The notes under the pieces were generated by a model that was not told where the DNA came from, ran no database searches, and worked only from the letters and a program-made list of their open reading frames with translations. Source: a virus. Taken from it: DNA of 64,000 bases. This document shows, one piece after another, positions 19,150 to 28,516 of this stretch. The first letter of the stretch is position 1. The number at the start of each line of letters is the position of its first letter. The stretch lies in IMG/VR virus record IMGVR_UViG_3300042197_004429, positions 113,313 through 177,312 of that record. One strand, written 5' to 3'. The translations under genes and the position numbers were made by a program.

Positions 19150-19364
19150 AATTTTTTGGTTTAAAAATTTTAGATTTTTTTGCTTAAACCATTGATTTCA
19201 AGCCATTTAAAGCGTTTTGTTAACGATAAAAAAAAATTTCGGTATTGCTATTGACGGCTTCTTTAAAAATTTTCTTGACTTTTAGTTTTTCTCTGCAAAG
19301 ATTGATTTGAGGGCGAGGTTGCCCCGAGTTTTTACTTTTTAAGAATGGAATCGAGGAATAACCG

Positions 19365-19574
19365 ATGCTTGTTTTAACCAGAAAAGAAGGCGAACAGATA
19401 CGGATTGGCAACAGTGTCACCATCACTTTAGTGTGCATTAATGGCGACAGAGCAAGGATTGGAATCGACGCTCCAGAAAACATTCCAATTGACAGGGCGG
19501 AAATTGCGATAGCAAAGATTAATGGCGTGGCTCCGAAAAAGTTTAAGAAACTTAATCAAAACCAAAGATGGTAA
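19365..19574 (+). CDS. csrA: Carbon storage regulator CsrA/RsmA
   Basis: MLVLTRKEGEQIRIG..VTIT.V.I.GDRARIGIDAPENIPIDRAEI. Confidence 0.93.
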   Translation: MLVLTRKEGEQIRIGNSVTITLVCINGDRARIGIDAPENIPIDRAEIAIAKINGVAPKKFKKLNQNQRW

Positions 19575-19595
19575 TTCTGAACAGGAGAAGCAGCA

Positions 19596-20159
19596 ATGTC
19601 TCGTAAGGCAAGTGAATTCACTCAAGCAATTCGAAAGATTTGTGAAGAACATAACTTCAACATCACCTACGCTGATGCTCGTCCCATTTTATCTAAAATG
19701 GGATTCAAATTAGCAAAAGAACCAGAAGACAAGTCTGATAACTACAAATTGTTTGAAGATAAGAGAAAAGGTTCTTTTCCAAAAAAGGAAGAAGAAGTTG
19801 TTGAATACTACAAGAAGTTTGCAAAAACATTAGGATTATCAAACTTGGAGTTGGATTCATTGATGAAAGAAGATGCAGTTCATCGTGCCTTTTGTAATGA
19901 AAGAAATATCTTTGATGTTACAAAGCACAATTGGTATCGAACTGTGAACAAGACGAGCATTTCGAGTGTTGTTGTGAAAAAGAAACATCAAACTTTAAAG
20001 AGCAAAGAAGCTTTAGAAATAATGAAACTTCTCTTAGAGTCTGGTGGGTCTGATGCGATCAAAGCCAAGATCAAGTCTTTGAATGTGGAAATAGATCGTT
20101 TATCAGCCATTTTGAAAAAAGCCGTAAAGGTTCGCAAGTTATTCCCTGACGCTGCTTGA
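19596..20159 (+). CDS. Hypothetical protein
   Basis: 187-aa co-oriented ORF with GGAG upstream. Confidence 0.65.
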   Translation: MSRKASEFTQAIRKICEEHNFNITYADARPILSKMGFKLAKEPEDKSDNYKLFEDKRKGSFPKKEEEVVEYYKKFAKTLGLSNLELDSLMKEDAVHRAFCNERNIFDVTKHNWYRTVNKTSISSVVVKKKHQTLKSKEALEIMKLLLESGGSDAIKAKIKSLNVEIDRLSAILKKAVKVRKLFPDAA

Positions 20160-20186
20160 TTTTCAAAATCTTCTTTGTAGAATAAC

Positions 20187-20225
20187 ATCTTGGGTGCGTG
20201 ATCTTTATGGTCACGCACCCAAGAT
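20187..20225. terminator. Strong hairpin upstream of a variant motif copy
   Basis: 15-bp perfect stem ATCTTGGGTGCGTGA / TCACGCACCCAAGAT. Confidence 0.5.
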
Positions 20226-20274
20226 TATAATTGATACTATCTAGCAGGACGCACCCCCATCTAAAAGGAAGTTT

Positions 20275-21465
20275 ATGAAATACCCAGTTAGTTTGTCACG
20301 CACAATTTCTAAGCGCATTCGACCAGAAAAGATTCAAGCCCAAGTGGATTTTTTGATCCAAAGAGCCATGAACGGCAGTCGTGGTAGGTGTTGGACTTTT
20401 GAGTGCGAAAATGTTAACGGCCCAGAGTCCACTCCCGCTGGTTGGAGATATTCTTGTGATGTGATTTTTGAAAAAACCAGCGGTAAAGGAATTGGTGGAG
20501 AAATCGAATTTAAGCAGTGGCAAGACATTAAAGCCATGTTGGCCCAAACAGGTAAAAATTCAAAATTCCAAGATAGCCCTTGGACGATCACCGACAACAA
20601 CGAAACAGATGCAGAACCAGACGTTGAAGAAAACAATGGTTCGGTTGAAGGTGTGAGTACTGTTGCTGCCTGTGTTTCGGACAAAGTTTTAGATTGGCAA
20701 GATCTGAAATTTCCCGAAGAGTTGCTGGAAGGAGACGAAGCACTGGCTGGTCATCCGGCTTTTTGTGACTTGTATGATCTTGGTCCTCAAATCAGAACTG
20801 TGCTTTCTGCTATCAAGCGTGCGGTTGATACAAATGGTGCCAGCAGATACCACTCTGTTTTGTATGGTGAGCCTGGGTGTGGAAAGACTAGCACTCTTCG
20901 TGCCGTGGAAAAACTTTTTGGTCCCGGCTCGGTGTTGCATTTGGATGCAACAACTACAACCAAGGCTGGCATTGAAAAATTGTTTTTTAATGAGTTGAAG
21001 CAATACCCGAGACTTGTTTTTCTTGAAGAGGCAGAAAAGGCGCCTGAAGATGGTCTTAAAATTTGGTTGGGTGCTTTGGATGATCGTGGAGAACTTCGCA
21101 AGGTAAACTTTCGTCAAACACAGGTGCGTGAAATACAAATATTGTTTTTCTGCACCGCCAACAACAAGCGTGCTTTTGACAATATGATGGGAACCGGTAG
21201 CGGCGAACCCGGCGCATTGTCTAGTCGCTGTGTAAATGAAATTCAATTTCCCCGACCTGCCGAAAGTACGCTTCGAAAGATTTTAGAAAAAGAAATTGAT
21301 CTTAAAGGTGGAAATAAAAAGTGGGTAACTCCTTGTTTGGATATTGCTCGTGAATTGAAAGTTGCAGATCCAAGAAAAGTTAAAGCGTTCCTTACTGGTG
21401 GCGATAGACTTTTAGATGGATCTTTTCAAGAAGATCAAAGGTCGATTCGCAAAGTCAATGGTTGA
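20275..21465 (+). CDS. AAA+ ATPase (RuvB-like core) with unknown N-terminal domain
   Basis: LYGEPGCGKT, VFLEEAEK (Walker B with EE), FCTANN and ALSSRC arginine finger. Confidence 0.75.
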   Translation: MKYPVSLSRTISKRIRPEKIQAQVDFLIQRAMNGSRGRCWTFECENVNGPESTPAGWRYSCDVIFEKTSGKGIGGEIEFKQWQDIKAMLAQTGKNSKFQDSPWTITDNNETDAEPDVEENNGSVEGVSTVAACVSDKVLDWQDLKFPEELLEGDEALAGHPAFCDLYDLGPQIRTVLSAIKRAVDTNGASRYHSVLYGEPGCGKTSTLRAVEKLFGPGSVLHLDATTTTKAGIEKLFFNELKQYPRLVFLEEAEKAPEDGLKIWLGALDDRGELRKVNFRQTQVREIQILFFCTANNKRAFDNMMGTGSGEPGALSSRCVNEIQFPRPAESTLRKILEKEIDLKGGNKKWVTPCLDIARELKVADPRKVKAFLTGGDRLLDGSFQEDQRSIRKVNG

Positions 21466-21961
21466 TATTAAAAAAATAATTTATTTGAAAAAAAATCTTG
21501 ATCTAAAAGATTTGGACTCAAATAATATTGTTTTTATTCCAAATTTTTTGAGCGATAGTGGAATATTTGTTCCTACGTTTCAATCAGAAGAAGCAAAAAA
21601 ACATTATTTAGATTGGTATAAAAAAGGTTTTTGGAAACAAGATAATGTTTGGTTTTGCAAAAATTTTGTTCTTGGTCAAACTCAATTTTTAAAATGTAAT
21701 CATAATGGATTTGATTTTTTTGTTGCTAACATGCTTTGCAAGAAAGGATTGGGCGGAGTTAGATCTCTTAGGTATAATTCTTTTTCTCGCTGCATGGATT
21801 TGTTGGTTTCTTTTTGTGTTAAAAATAATTTCAATTTGTTAAAAGTAGAAGTTAAAATTAATAGTGGTAGTTTTGAACAAGAAGTTAATTGGCAGTTTAT
21901 CGAAAATCTATTGTTTGATTGTTTAATTGAAAAAGGTTTACAAGTAAAAGTTTATTTTTGA
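21458..21961 (+). CDS. Degenerate macrodomain-like protein
   Basis: LGQTQF..FVANML..LRYNSF..C..KINSG..NWQFIENLL..VKVY follows the layout of phage macro (ADP-ribose-binding) proteins, but the Gly-rich loops are altered. Confidence 0.4.
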   Translation: MVDIKKIIYLKKNLDLKDLDSNNIVFIPNFLSDSGIFVPTFQSEEAKKHYLDWYKKGFWKQDNVWFCKNFVLGQTQFLKCNHNGFDFFVANMLCKKGLGGVRSLRYNSFSRCMDLLVSFCVKNNFNLLKVEVKINSGSFEQEVNWQFIENLLFDCLIEKGLQVKVYF

Positions 21962-21968
21962 GGACAAA

Positions 21969-23126
21969 ATGGAATACTATCAATGGCAAACGATGATTGA
22001 TGAACATCGTCGGATTCATCGGCAAGATAGAAAAAGAGTTCGCAATCTAACGGATGCTCAAATTAAAAATATTGAGATGGAGAACATTCTATCTACTCCA
22101 TTCAACAAAGAGTCAAATCGCTGGCGGAGAATGATTCGCTTGATGGGGGAAAATGTTTGGATCAATGCTGGTAAGCCTTACTACAACATTCACCCACAAA
22201 TGGTTAGATCTCTTTGCAACACTAACTTGGATAAGATACCAGCAAACTTAATAGAAGTTCCAGCGGGCTTAGAAGCGGTGGTTTTCAGATTTGCTGAGAA
22301 CGTCCCTGATCGTTTTATAACAAACAATGGATTTCATGTGGTTTCAGCAGAAGAGGTTCGTCATTCGCCAATTTATTGTAGATCAGTTTTGTTTGGTAAA
22401 ATAAAGAATGATAGATCAAAACACGTTGCTGAAAACATAAAGAAAACTACTACAGAGTTTCTTCGATCAATTAATATGCCATCCCTAAATGATAATGTAA
22501 AAGCCATTATAGACTTGGCTTCCGATGGATATTATAAAGACGTTGATGATTTCATGATAATGTGTGTTGATGAAGGCTTTAGAGTTAAAGATCGTGGTGT
22601 TGATAGAAGTTTGTGTAACTTAATTTGCATAAATTGTAAACATGGTCAGAGTGTTTCAGAGGCAATACAATCTACTGTGGAGCAAGCCTCTGCTGGTGAA
22701 CAGGCTGTTATGGTCACTATGGGTGATCGTTTGTCGAACTTGATTCGTGTGATTGTTTCTGCTGGTTTTTTGGCGAACTGTCCTGAAGATGATTTGGTTG
22801 TTCCCGATATTTTGAGTGCTGATAAACAAAGTTTCAAAGATGCCTCGCAACGTGGAGATGCGGCGGCAATTCAAACTATTGTTGAGCGTGCAAAAAGACG
22901 AGGTAAAAATGGTTACAATATTGGAACATCAGAGATGTTCGTATCAGAGAATGAATCTGAACAGCACAAACAATACGACAGCAGCGGAAAACAATTAAGT
23001 TTTAGTCACTTACGTGGTGGTCATCCTCATGCTGTTCGTTATGGTGAAGGAAAAAACAAGGTAAAAATCAAATGGTTTAGACCAACTAGAGTCAGGCCAG
23101 ATTTGCCTTTTAAAACATCCGAATAG
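21969..23126 (+). CDS. Hypothetical protein
   Basis: 385-aa ORF with a C-terminal HLRGGHPH..RYGEG..KIKWFRP motif. Confidence 0.65.
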   Translation: MEYYQWQTMIDEHRRIHRQDRKRVRNLTDAQIKNIEMENILSTPFNKESNRWRRMIRLMGENVWINAGKPYYNIHPQMVRSLCNTNLDKIPANLIEVPAGLEAVVFRFAENVPDRFITNNGFHVVSAEEVRHSPIYCRSVLFGKIKNDRSKHVAENIKKTTTEFLRSINMPSLNDNVKAIIDLASDGYYKDVDDFMIMCVDEGFRVKDRGVDRSLCNLICINCKHGQSVSEAIQSTVEQASAGEQAVMVTMGDRLSNLIRVIVSAGFLANCPEDDLVVPDILSADKQSFKDASQRGDAAAIQTIVERAKRRGKNGYNIGTSEMFVSENESEQHKQYDSSGKQLSFSHLRGGHPHAVRYGEGKNKVKIKWFRPTRVRPDLPFKTSE

Positions 23127-23131
23127 TTGCT

Positions 23132-23557
23132 ATGGAAAAAAATCTTTTACCAAAAGAAGAACTAAATCGTTATAAGCAATTTGCTTTTAAAGACGATATG
23201 TTCAAATTGGCTATAGGTTTCATTCTAGGTAACTCTTTTAATAATGTTGTTGGTGGAATCAGCAGTTTTCTGATCATGCCGGTAGTTAATTTTTTAACCA
23301 TTCAAACAGGAGAAAATTGGAGAACAATTGTTTTTTCTCCTGTCAGTGGTTTAAATTTTGAATTAGGAAAACTTTTAGGAACCTTTGTAGATTTTTTATT
23401 AACATCTATTGTTCTTTATGTCATTTATGTAAAAATTTTGGGATCTATAAAAAAACAAGATGAAGGTTGTGATTTAAAACAATGCAATCGGTGTTTGAGT
23501 CTGATACACATAAATGCCACAAGGTGCAAATTTTGTACTAGCCCAATTAAAAAATAA
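23132..23557 (+). CDS. mscL: Large-conductance mechanosensitive channel MscL-like protein with C-terminal zinc ribbon
   Basis: YKQFAFKDDMFKLAIGFILGNSFNNVV..LIMP, G..LG.FVDFL, then CNRCLS.I...ATRCKFCTS. Confidence 0.82.
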   Translation: MEKNLLPKEELNRYKQFAFKDDMFKLAIGFILGNSFNNVVGGISSFLIMPVVNFLTIQTGENWRTIVFSPVSGLNFELGKLLGTFVDFLLTSIVLYVIYVKILGSIKKQDEGCDLKQCNRCLSLIHINATRCKFCTSPIKK

Positions 23558-23641
23558 CGCCCGGCATAACCGAGTCCGAGCGGCTGATTTTCCATTTCAA
23601 AAACAATTTATCGAGGACTTCGGTTAATGCCGTTGTTCTCT
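23552..23641 (+). mobile_element. Integron attC-like recombination site
   Basis: Begins with ..TAAC overlapping the mscL stop and ends with GTT.. at 23635. Inner imperfect palindrome GGCATAACCGAGTCC / GGACTTCGGTTAATGCC has two unpaired extra bases. Confidence 0.65.
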
Positions 23642-23659
23642 GACTCGTGAGGGAAAGCC

Positions 23660-23854
23660 ATGTGTGATGACAGCGTAATTGACGATGATGGAGATCGGCA
23701 AGAGTGGGATTCCGGTCCGTTCTGCCGTCACTGGAGTGATCCGTCAGACTGCGAGGAACTGTGCAAGTGCGGGCACAAGTGCTGTAAGCACGCTTATGGC
23801 GAGGATTGCACTGTAGATGACTGCAAATGCGACGGATTTGAGGACGCAGAGTAG
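23660..23854 (+). CDS. Cys-rich small protein in an integron-type gene cassette
   Basis: GC-richer than its flanks. Bracketed by the perfect 12-bp inverted repeat GTTCTCTGACTC (23635) / GAGTCAGAGAAC (23854). Confidence 0.6.
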   Translation: MCDDSVIDDDGDRQEWDSGPFCRHWSDPSDCEELCKCGHKCCKHAYGEDCTVDDCKCDGFEDAE

Positions 23855-23865
23855 AGTCAGAGAAC

Positions 23866-24879
23866 ATGAGAAAATTAGCATCAATACAAACTATTAAATT
23901 TGTTAGACCCATACCAAACGCAGATGCAATTGAGTGTGTCGGTGTTCTTGGTTGGGAATGCGTGTGTAAAAAAGGTGAATTTCAAAATGATGATAAATGT
24001 GTTTATTTTGAAATTGATAGTTTGTTGCCAGAGATGGAAGTATTTGAATTTTTAAGAAAAAGTTGCTATAGAAAAGATCTGAATAAATTCAGGCTAAAAA
24101 GTATTAAGTTGCGTCAGCAATTAAGCCAAGGTCTTGCTTTACCTTTGAGTTTATTTCCTGAGTTATACCATCTAGAAGTCGGCACAGACGTAACTGATTT
24201 GCTGAATGTTGAAAAGTACGAGCCACCAATCCCTGCTCAAATTCAAGGTGATGCCAAAAAGTTTGTTTGGCCTATTGCAAAAACAGATGAGGTTAGAGTT
24301 CAAACTGACGAGGGGCTTGCTTTAATTTCTAATCTTGTTGGCCATCCTTATTATGTTAGTCTTAAATTAGATGGAACAAGTTGTTCTTTTGTTATTGATC
24401 CATCCGACAATGAATTTCATGTTTGTGGAAGAAACTATAGTTACAAGCACAAGCCAAATCATAGTTTTTGGATTATAAACGAACGATACCAACTAGAAGA
24501 ACGCTTGAGATCAATCGGTGGCAACTTGGCACTTCAAGGAGAGTGTGTGGGTCCAGGAATTCAACAAAATAAACTTGGATTACCCATTATTGATTATTAC
24601 GTTTTTAACGTGGTTGACACATCAAATCGAAAAAGATTATCGCTTGAAGATTCTTTAAATGTTACAAAAGAACTTAAATTAAATTTTGTTCCAATACTGG
24701 AAAAGGGCGATTCATTTAATTACAACATGGAACAGTTGCTTGAAAAAGCAAAAGGAAAGTATCGTGAACATTTTGAGAATGCGAAGCAGCATCAAGAACG
24801 TGAAGGAATAGTGATTCGAAGTTTGTGTGGATCAGTTAGTTTCAAAGCCATAAATAACGAATTTCTCCTACAGGAATAA
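23866..24879 (+). CDS. RNA ligase, Rnl2/DRB0094-like
   Basis: MRKLASIQ..IPNADAIE N-terminus, KLDGTS, QGECVGPGIQ.N, REGIV and FKAINNEFLL. Confidence 0.88.
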   Translation: MRKLASIQTIKFVRPIPNADAIECVGVLGWECVCKKGEFQNDDKCVYFEIDSLLPEMEVFEFLRKSCYRKDLNKFRLKSIKLRQQLSQGLALPLSLFPELYHLEVGTDVTDLLNVEKYEPPIPAQIQGDAKKFVWPIAKTDEVRVQTDEGLALISNLVGHPYYVSLKLDGTSCSFVIDPSDNEFHVCGRNYSYKHKPNHSFWIINERYQLEERLRSIGGNLALQGECVGPGIQQNKLGLPIIDYYVFNVVDTSNRKRLSLEDSLNVTKELKLNFVPILEKGDSFNYNMEQLLEKAKGKYREHFENAKQHQEREGIVIRSLCGSVSFKAINNEFLLQE

Positions 24880-24880
24880 T

Positions 24881-25489
24881 ATGTCTATCACAGTCATCGG
24901 TGACGTTCACGGTAATTACGCACCATATCACAAAATTGTGCGTCAAAAAGATCGTCACCCATACACCGTTCAAATTGGTGATTTTGGTTTTGAGTATGAA
25001 ACATTAAAAAATGTTGATGCCAATAATCATAAAGTTATTGGTGGAAATCACGACAATTATAATAAAATTATTGATACTCCTCATTATTTGGGTGATTTTG
25101 GAAATGTTTCTTTAAACGGTGTGAACTTTTTCTTTTTGCGTGGCGCATATTCTATTGATCAACAATATAGAGTGATTGGTAGAAGTTGGTGGCCCGAAGA
25201 AGAGTTAAACAACGATAGTTTTAATGAAGCTATGAATTTGTATGTTGAAACAAAACCAAAAATCGTTTTAACACACACTTGTCCTTTGTCAATTGTTCCT
25301 CAACTTTTGCCAGCAGGCAGTCATTTGTTAAAAAGCAAAACAGAGATGATGCTTGAAAGTATGTTGAACTTGCATCAACCCGAACTATGGATATTCGGAC
25401 ATTTTCATGTTTCCAAAACAATAACTCAAACTTTAAACGGAACACAGTTCGTTTGTTTGAATGAATTAGAAACTTACAAGTTAGGTTAA
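24881..25489 (+). CDS. Calcineurin-like metallophosphoesterase
   Basis: GDVHG, GDFG, GNHD, THTCP and GHFH. Confidence 0.88.
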   Translation: MSITVIGDVHGNYAPYHKIVRQKDRHPYTVQIGDFGFEYETLKNVDANNHKVIGGNHDNYNKIIDTPHYLGDFGNVSLNGVNFFFLRGAYSIDQQYRVIGRSWWPEEELNNDSFNEAMNLYVETKPKIVLTHTCPLSIVPQLLPAGSHLLKSKTEMMLESMLNLHQPELWIFGHFHVSKTITQTLNGTQFVCLNELETYKLG

Positions 25490-25491
25490 AA

Positions 25492-26001
25492 ATGTCACTT
25501 ATAGTTGTTGATGTTGAAAGCGACGGGCCAGTTCCTTGCGACTATAGCATGATATGCTTTGGAGCAGTTATTTTTGACGAAAGTTTAAATAAAACTTTTT
25601 ACGGAAAAACAAAACCTATATCGAATAATTACCAGGAAGACACATTAAAAATTAGTGGTTTTACAAGAGAGCAGCACGAAACTTTTGATGATCCATATAA
25701 TGTGATGGTCCAATTTAGTTATTGGATAAAAACAAACAGTGTTGGAAAACCGGTTTTTATTAGTGATAACCCTTGCTATGATTGGCAGTGGGTAAACTAT
25801 TACTTTCACCATTTTGTTGGAGAAAATCCTTTCGGATATTCTGGTCGCAGAATTGGCGATTTGTTTTGCGGAATGAAGGGTGACGCAAGAGCGTCTTGGA
25901 AACATTTGCGAAAAACTCTTCACGACCACAATCCTGTAAACGATGCGATAGGCAATGCCGAAGCATTGCTTGAAATGAAGAAAATGGGTCTAAAAATTTG
26001 A
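25492..26001 (+). CDS. DEDDh 3'-5' exonuclease (Rv2179c-like)
   Basis: VDVESDGP, DNPCYDWQW and HNPVNDAIGNA. Confidence 0.85.
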   Translation: MSLIVVDVESDGPVPCDYSMICFGAVIFDESLNKTFYGKTKPISNNYQEDTLKISGFTREQHETFDDPYNVMVQFSYWIKTNSVGKPVFISDNPCYDWQWVNYYFHHFVGENPFGYSGRRIGDLFCGMKGDARASWKHLRKTLHDHNPVNDAIGNAEALLEMKKMGLKI

Positions 26002-26012
26002 CTAGGAAAACC

Positions 26013-26192
26013 ATGAAACGTAGAATTTTTTTAACTTCGATAATTTTTGTCTCTCTGTGTGGTTCTCTTGCTGTTGCCGCCAATAAGACTTACCGCTATC
26101 GCTGCCCTAAGTGCAAATTGATTCAAGAATACGGCTCCATTGGCACAAAGAAGTGTCCGAATGATGGCAAAACTATGGTTCGCATAGACTAA
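26013..26192 (+). CDS. Small exported zinc-ribbon protein
   Basis: Signal-like MKRRIFL.., then CPKC..CPND. Confidence 0.55.
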   Translation: MKRRIFLTSIIFVSLCGSLAVAANKTYRYRCPKCKLIQEYGSIGTKKCPNDGKTMVRID

Positions 26193-26353
26193 AACCTCAA
26201 ATTTTGCAAATTTTCACATAGACTTTCTTGATTTTCAGCGTATACTAAAATTAGGATGATTTAGTTTTAATTTCATTTTGATTGTTCAAACGGATTCGAA
26301 TATATCAAATTTTAAACAAGGGTTTAATAGTGATCTCTGGTTCTTCACAAAAA

Positions 26354-26989
26354 ATGGGCGTTTCTGGTAGATCTGTAAAGGCAAATAGTTTTTCAACAAC
26401 TTTAAAGAATGGCTTGTATTCAAAGGTGGAAAAATTGAATAATAAAGAGTTTTATTCCGAACCAAACAATGTTGGCGATCAAGAAAATGATTCAAAAAGA
26501 AATAGAGTTGCAGTTTTTCTTGATGGATCAAACTTTTTTTACATGCAAAAAGATACATTGCATTGGTTTATTGATCCTAAAAAGTTACTTAATTGGATAG
26601 GTCAATACGGGGAAGTCACCGACGCCAATTATTACACTACGGTAGACAACCAAAATGAAGGTCAGTTAAATTATATTAGAGCCCTTAATCACATGGGATT
26701 CAGGGTTGATGCAAAGCCCATTGATTCCTACGATGAAGAAGATGGTTTCGACGGCAGTGTTGATTTGGATATGTTGATTGACATTTTGGTTCAAATGGAA
26801 AATTATGACATGGCCGTTATAATTAGCGGCGATGCTGACTTTGCCAGAATTGTTGAAGTTCTACGCCAGCGTGGAAAAAAGTACCTTGTTCTTAGCACCA
26901 AAGGCATGGTTGCAGGATCTGTGAAGAGTGCTGCTGGTCTGCATTACAAGGATATCGCTGAACTTCGAAGCAAGATTGAAAAGAATTAA
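26354..26989 (+). CDS. NYN domain protein (LabA/DUF88, PIN-like)
   Basis: VAVFLDGSNFFY, VDLDMLID and IISGDADF. The start codon is uncertain. Confidence 0.85.
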   Translation: MGVSGRSVKANSFSTTLKNGLYSKVEKLNNKEFYSEPNNVGDQENDSKRNRVAVFLDGSNFFYMQKDTLHWFIDPKKLLNWIGQYGEVTDANYYTTVDNQNEGQLNYIRALNHMGFRVDAKPIDSYDEEDGFDGSVDLDMLIDILVQMENYDMAVIISGDADFARIVEVLRQRGKKYLVLSTKGMVAGSVKSAAGLHYKDIAELRSKIEKN

Positions 26990-26999
26990 GGACACACAA

Positions 27000-27275
27000 A
27001 TGAATAAACACAAAATTGTGTCTTGTGACGCTGAAATTGTCTCCATCAGTATGGGGAGACTAAACGGTAAGCCTCGTTTGTTTTTAACTTATAGAATTGA
27101 GGGCGATTTCACAGCTCATACTATAAGTCTAAAATCTAAACAAGCGGTGCGTTTGAAAAACGATATTAATGATTTGTCAAACAAAAGCCCGTTGTTCCAG
27201 AAAATTTTGGCTAAATCAAAGAGTTACTATAGGTCTTTTGAAAGAATATTTTTTGACCATCATCCTTCCGCATAA
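27000..27275 (+). CDS. Hypothetical protein
   Basis: Co-oriented ORF with AAGGA upstream. Confidence 0.55.
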   Translation: MNKHKIVSCDAEIVSISMGRLNGKPRLFLTYRIEGDFTAHTISLKSKQAVRLKNDINDLSNKSPLFQKILAKSKSYYRSFERIFFDHHPSA

Positions 27276-27289
27276 GGAAGAATTTTATC

Positions 27290-28258
27290 ATGGAAGAAAA
27301 TCCAATTGATTCGCATAAGCAAATTATTCAGGATAGCAATTTAGACATTGAAACTAAAACGTTTCTTCTAAGTTGTGAAGATGATAAATTTGTTTCAGAT
27401 TTTATTAAACAAGAGTTGTCTCCTCAAGAAATAAGGACAGAAGCGATGAAGGAAGAATCCTTGACGAAAAGCCAAACGGCGGTTAAAAATCTACCCACAG
27501 CAGAGTTGTGTAGATTACGAGACCAAGGAATGAGTGTTAAGAAAATTGCCGAGAGATATCATTGTGCCGAACAATCTGTTAGATATCACTTAAAGAAAGC
27601 CGAATTTATAAAGGAAATTACTATGGATAGTAGAAAAGACACGGAAATTGTTTACCTAAGTCAGACTTCTGAGCAGAAGCAGCGCATGTTCAATGATAAG
27701 ATTTCACTTGAACAAAATGTGCAAGGGAAATATATTCGATTAAAGAATTCTTTAGATTCTCATTTTAGAAATAATTCGGAGTTGTATATCAACAACCCTG
27801 TTTTTAGAGTTGAGTTTGTTATTGGAAACTGGAGAACACTGTACGGCTTAGATTTAACGGCTGCAAGACATCGCATTTTACACGCTTTGCAATATAGTAA
27901 TTGCGTACAAAAGCAGATATCGGGACGCAGAATGAAGAACGGTGTGGAAACTAAGCAAAAATCTAAATGGTTTTACGAGTTGAAGGAAAACTTCACAAAC
28001 AAATATTCCAAAGAAACATCGACCTCAATTAAAACAGAGTCAACCACCGAATCAGTTGCTGATGCTGCTGCGCAACTATCTGGTATTTTGCTTACAAGAA
28101 ATATTGCTGAACAAATTGGCAACGAAGTAAGGGCAACAAGTAGAGTATCCACAACGCCCGACTCAAATAAAGTTTTAAATGAAATTACTCAAATCATGTC
28201 AACCAGTATGGACTCTGATTTGAAAGAAAAACTTATCAAACAATTAATGAGGGATTAA
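27290..28258 (+). CDS. Hypothetical protein with helix-turn-helix
   Basis: GMSVKKIAERYHCAEQSVRYHLKK is HTH-like. Confidence 0.6.
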   Translation: MEENPIDSHKQIIQDSNLDIETKTFLLSCEDDKFVSDFIKQELSPQEIRTEAMKEESLTKSQTAVKNLPTAELCRLRDQGMSVKKIAERYHCAEQSVRYHLKKAEFIKEITMDSRKDTEIVYLSQTSEQKQRMFNDKISLEQNVQGKYIRLKNSLDSHFRNNSELYINNPVFRVEFVIGNWRTLYGLDLTAARHRILHALQYSNCVQKQISGRRMKNGVETKQKSKWFYELKENFTNKYSKETSTSIKTESTTESVADAAAQLSGILLTRNIAEQIGNEVRATSRVSTTPDSNKVLNEITQIMSTSMDSDLKEKLIKQLMRD

Positions 28259-28262
28259 TTAA

Positions 28263-28493
28263 ATGAGAAAAACAGTATCTAAACTAACCAGCAAAGAGAT
28301 TTCTTTCCTAATGAGATTGTACAATGAGCAATCTTTAGGTATTGATAAACTTCCTTACACCCCAGAGTTTGATAATATTGTTTTTCAATTCCATCAAGTT
28401 TTTGGAGTTGAAAACGGACATCGAGAATTGTGGCACACACTCATCAACCTCAGAAAGCAAAAGAAACTTTTGAGGAAAACCCGCAGTCGATGA
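28263..28493 (+). CDS. Hypothetical protein
   Basis: Tightly packed ORF (DKLPYTPEFD..ELWHTLINLRK). Confidence 0.6.
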   Translation: MRKTVSKLTSKEISFLMRLYNEQSLGIDKLPYTPEFDNIVFQFHQVFGVENGHRELWHTLINLRKQKKLLRKTRSR

Positions 28494-28516
28494 CTTTTAA
28501 TACTAACTAGACTTTC

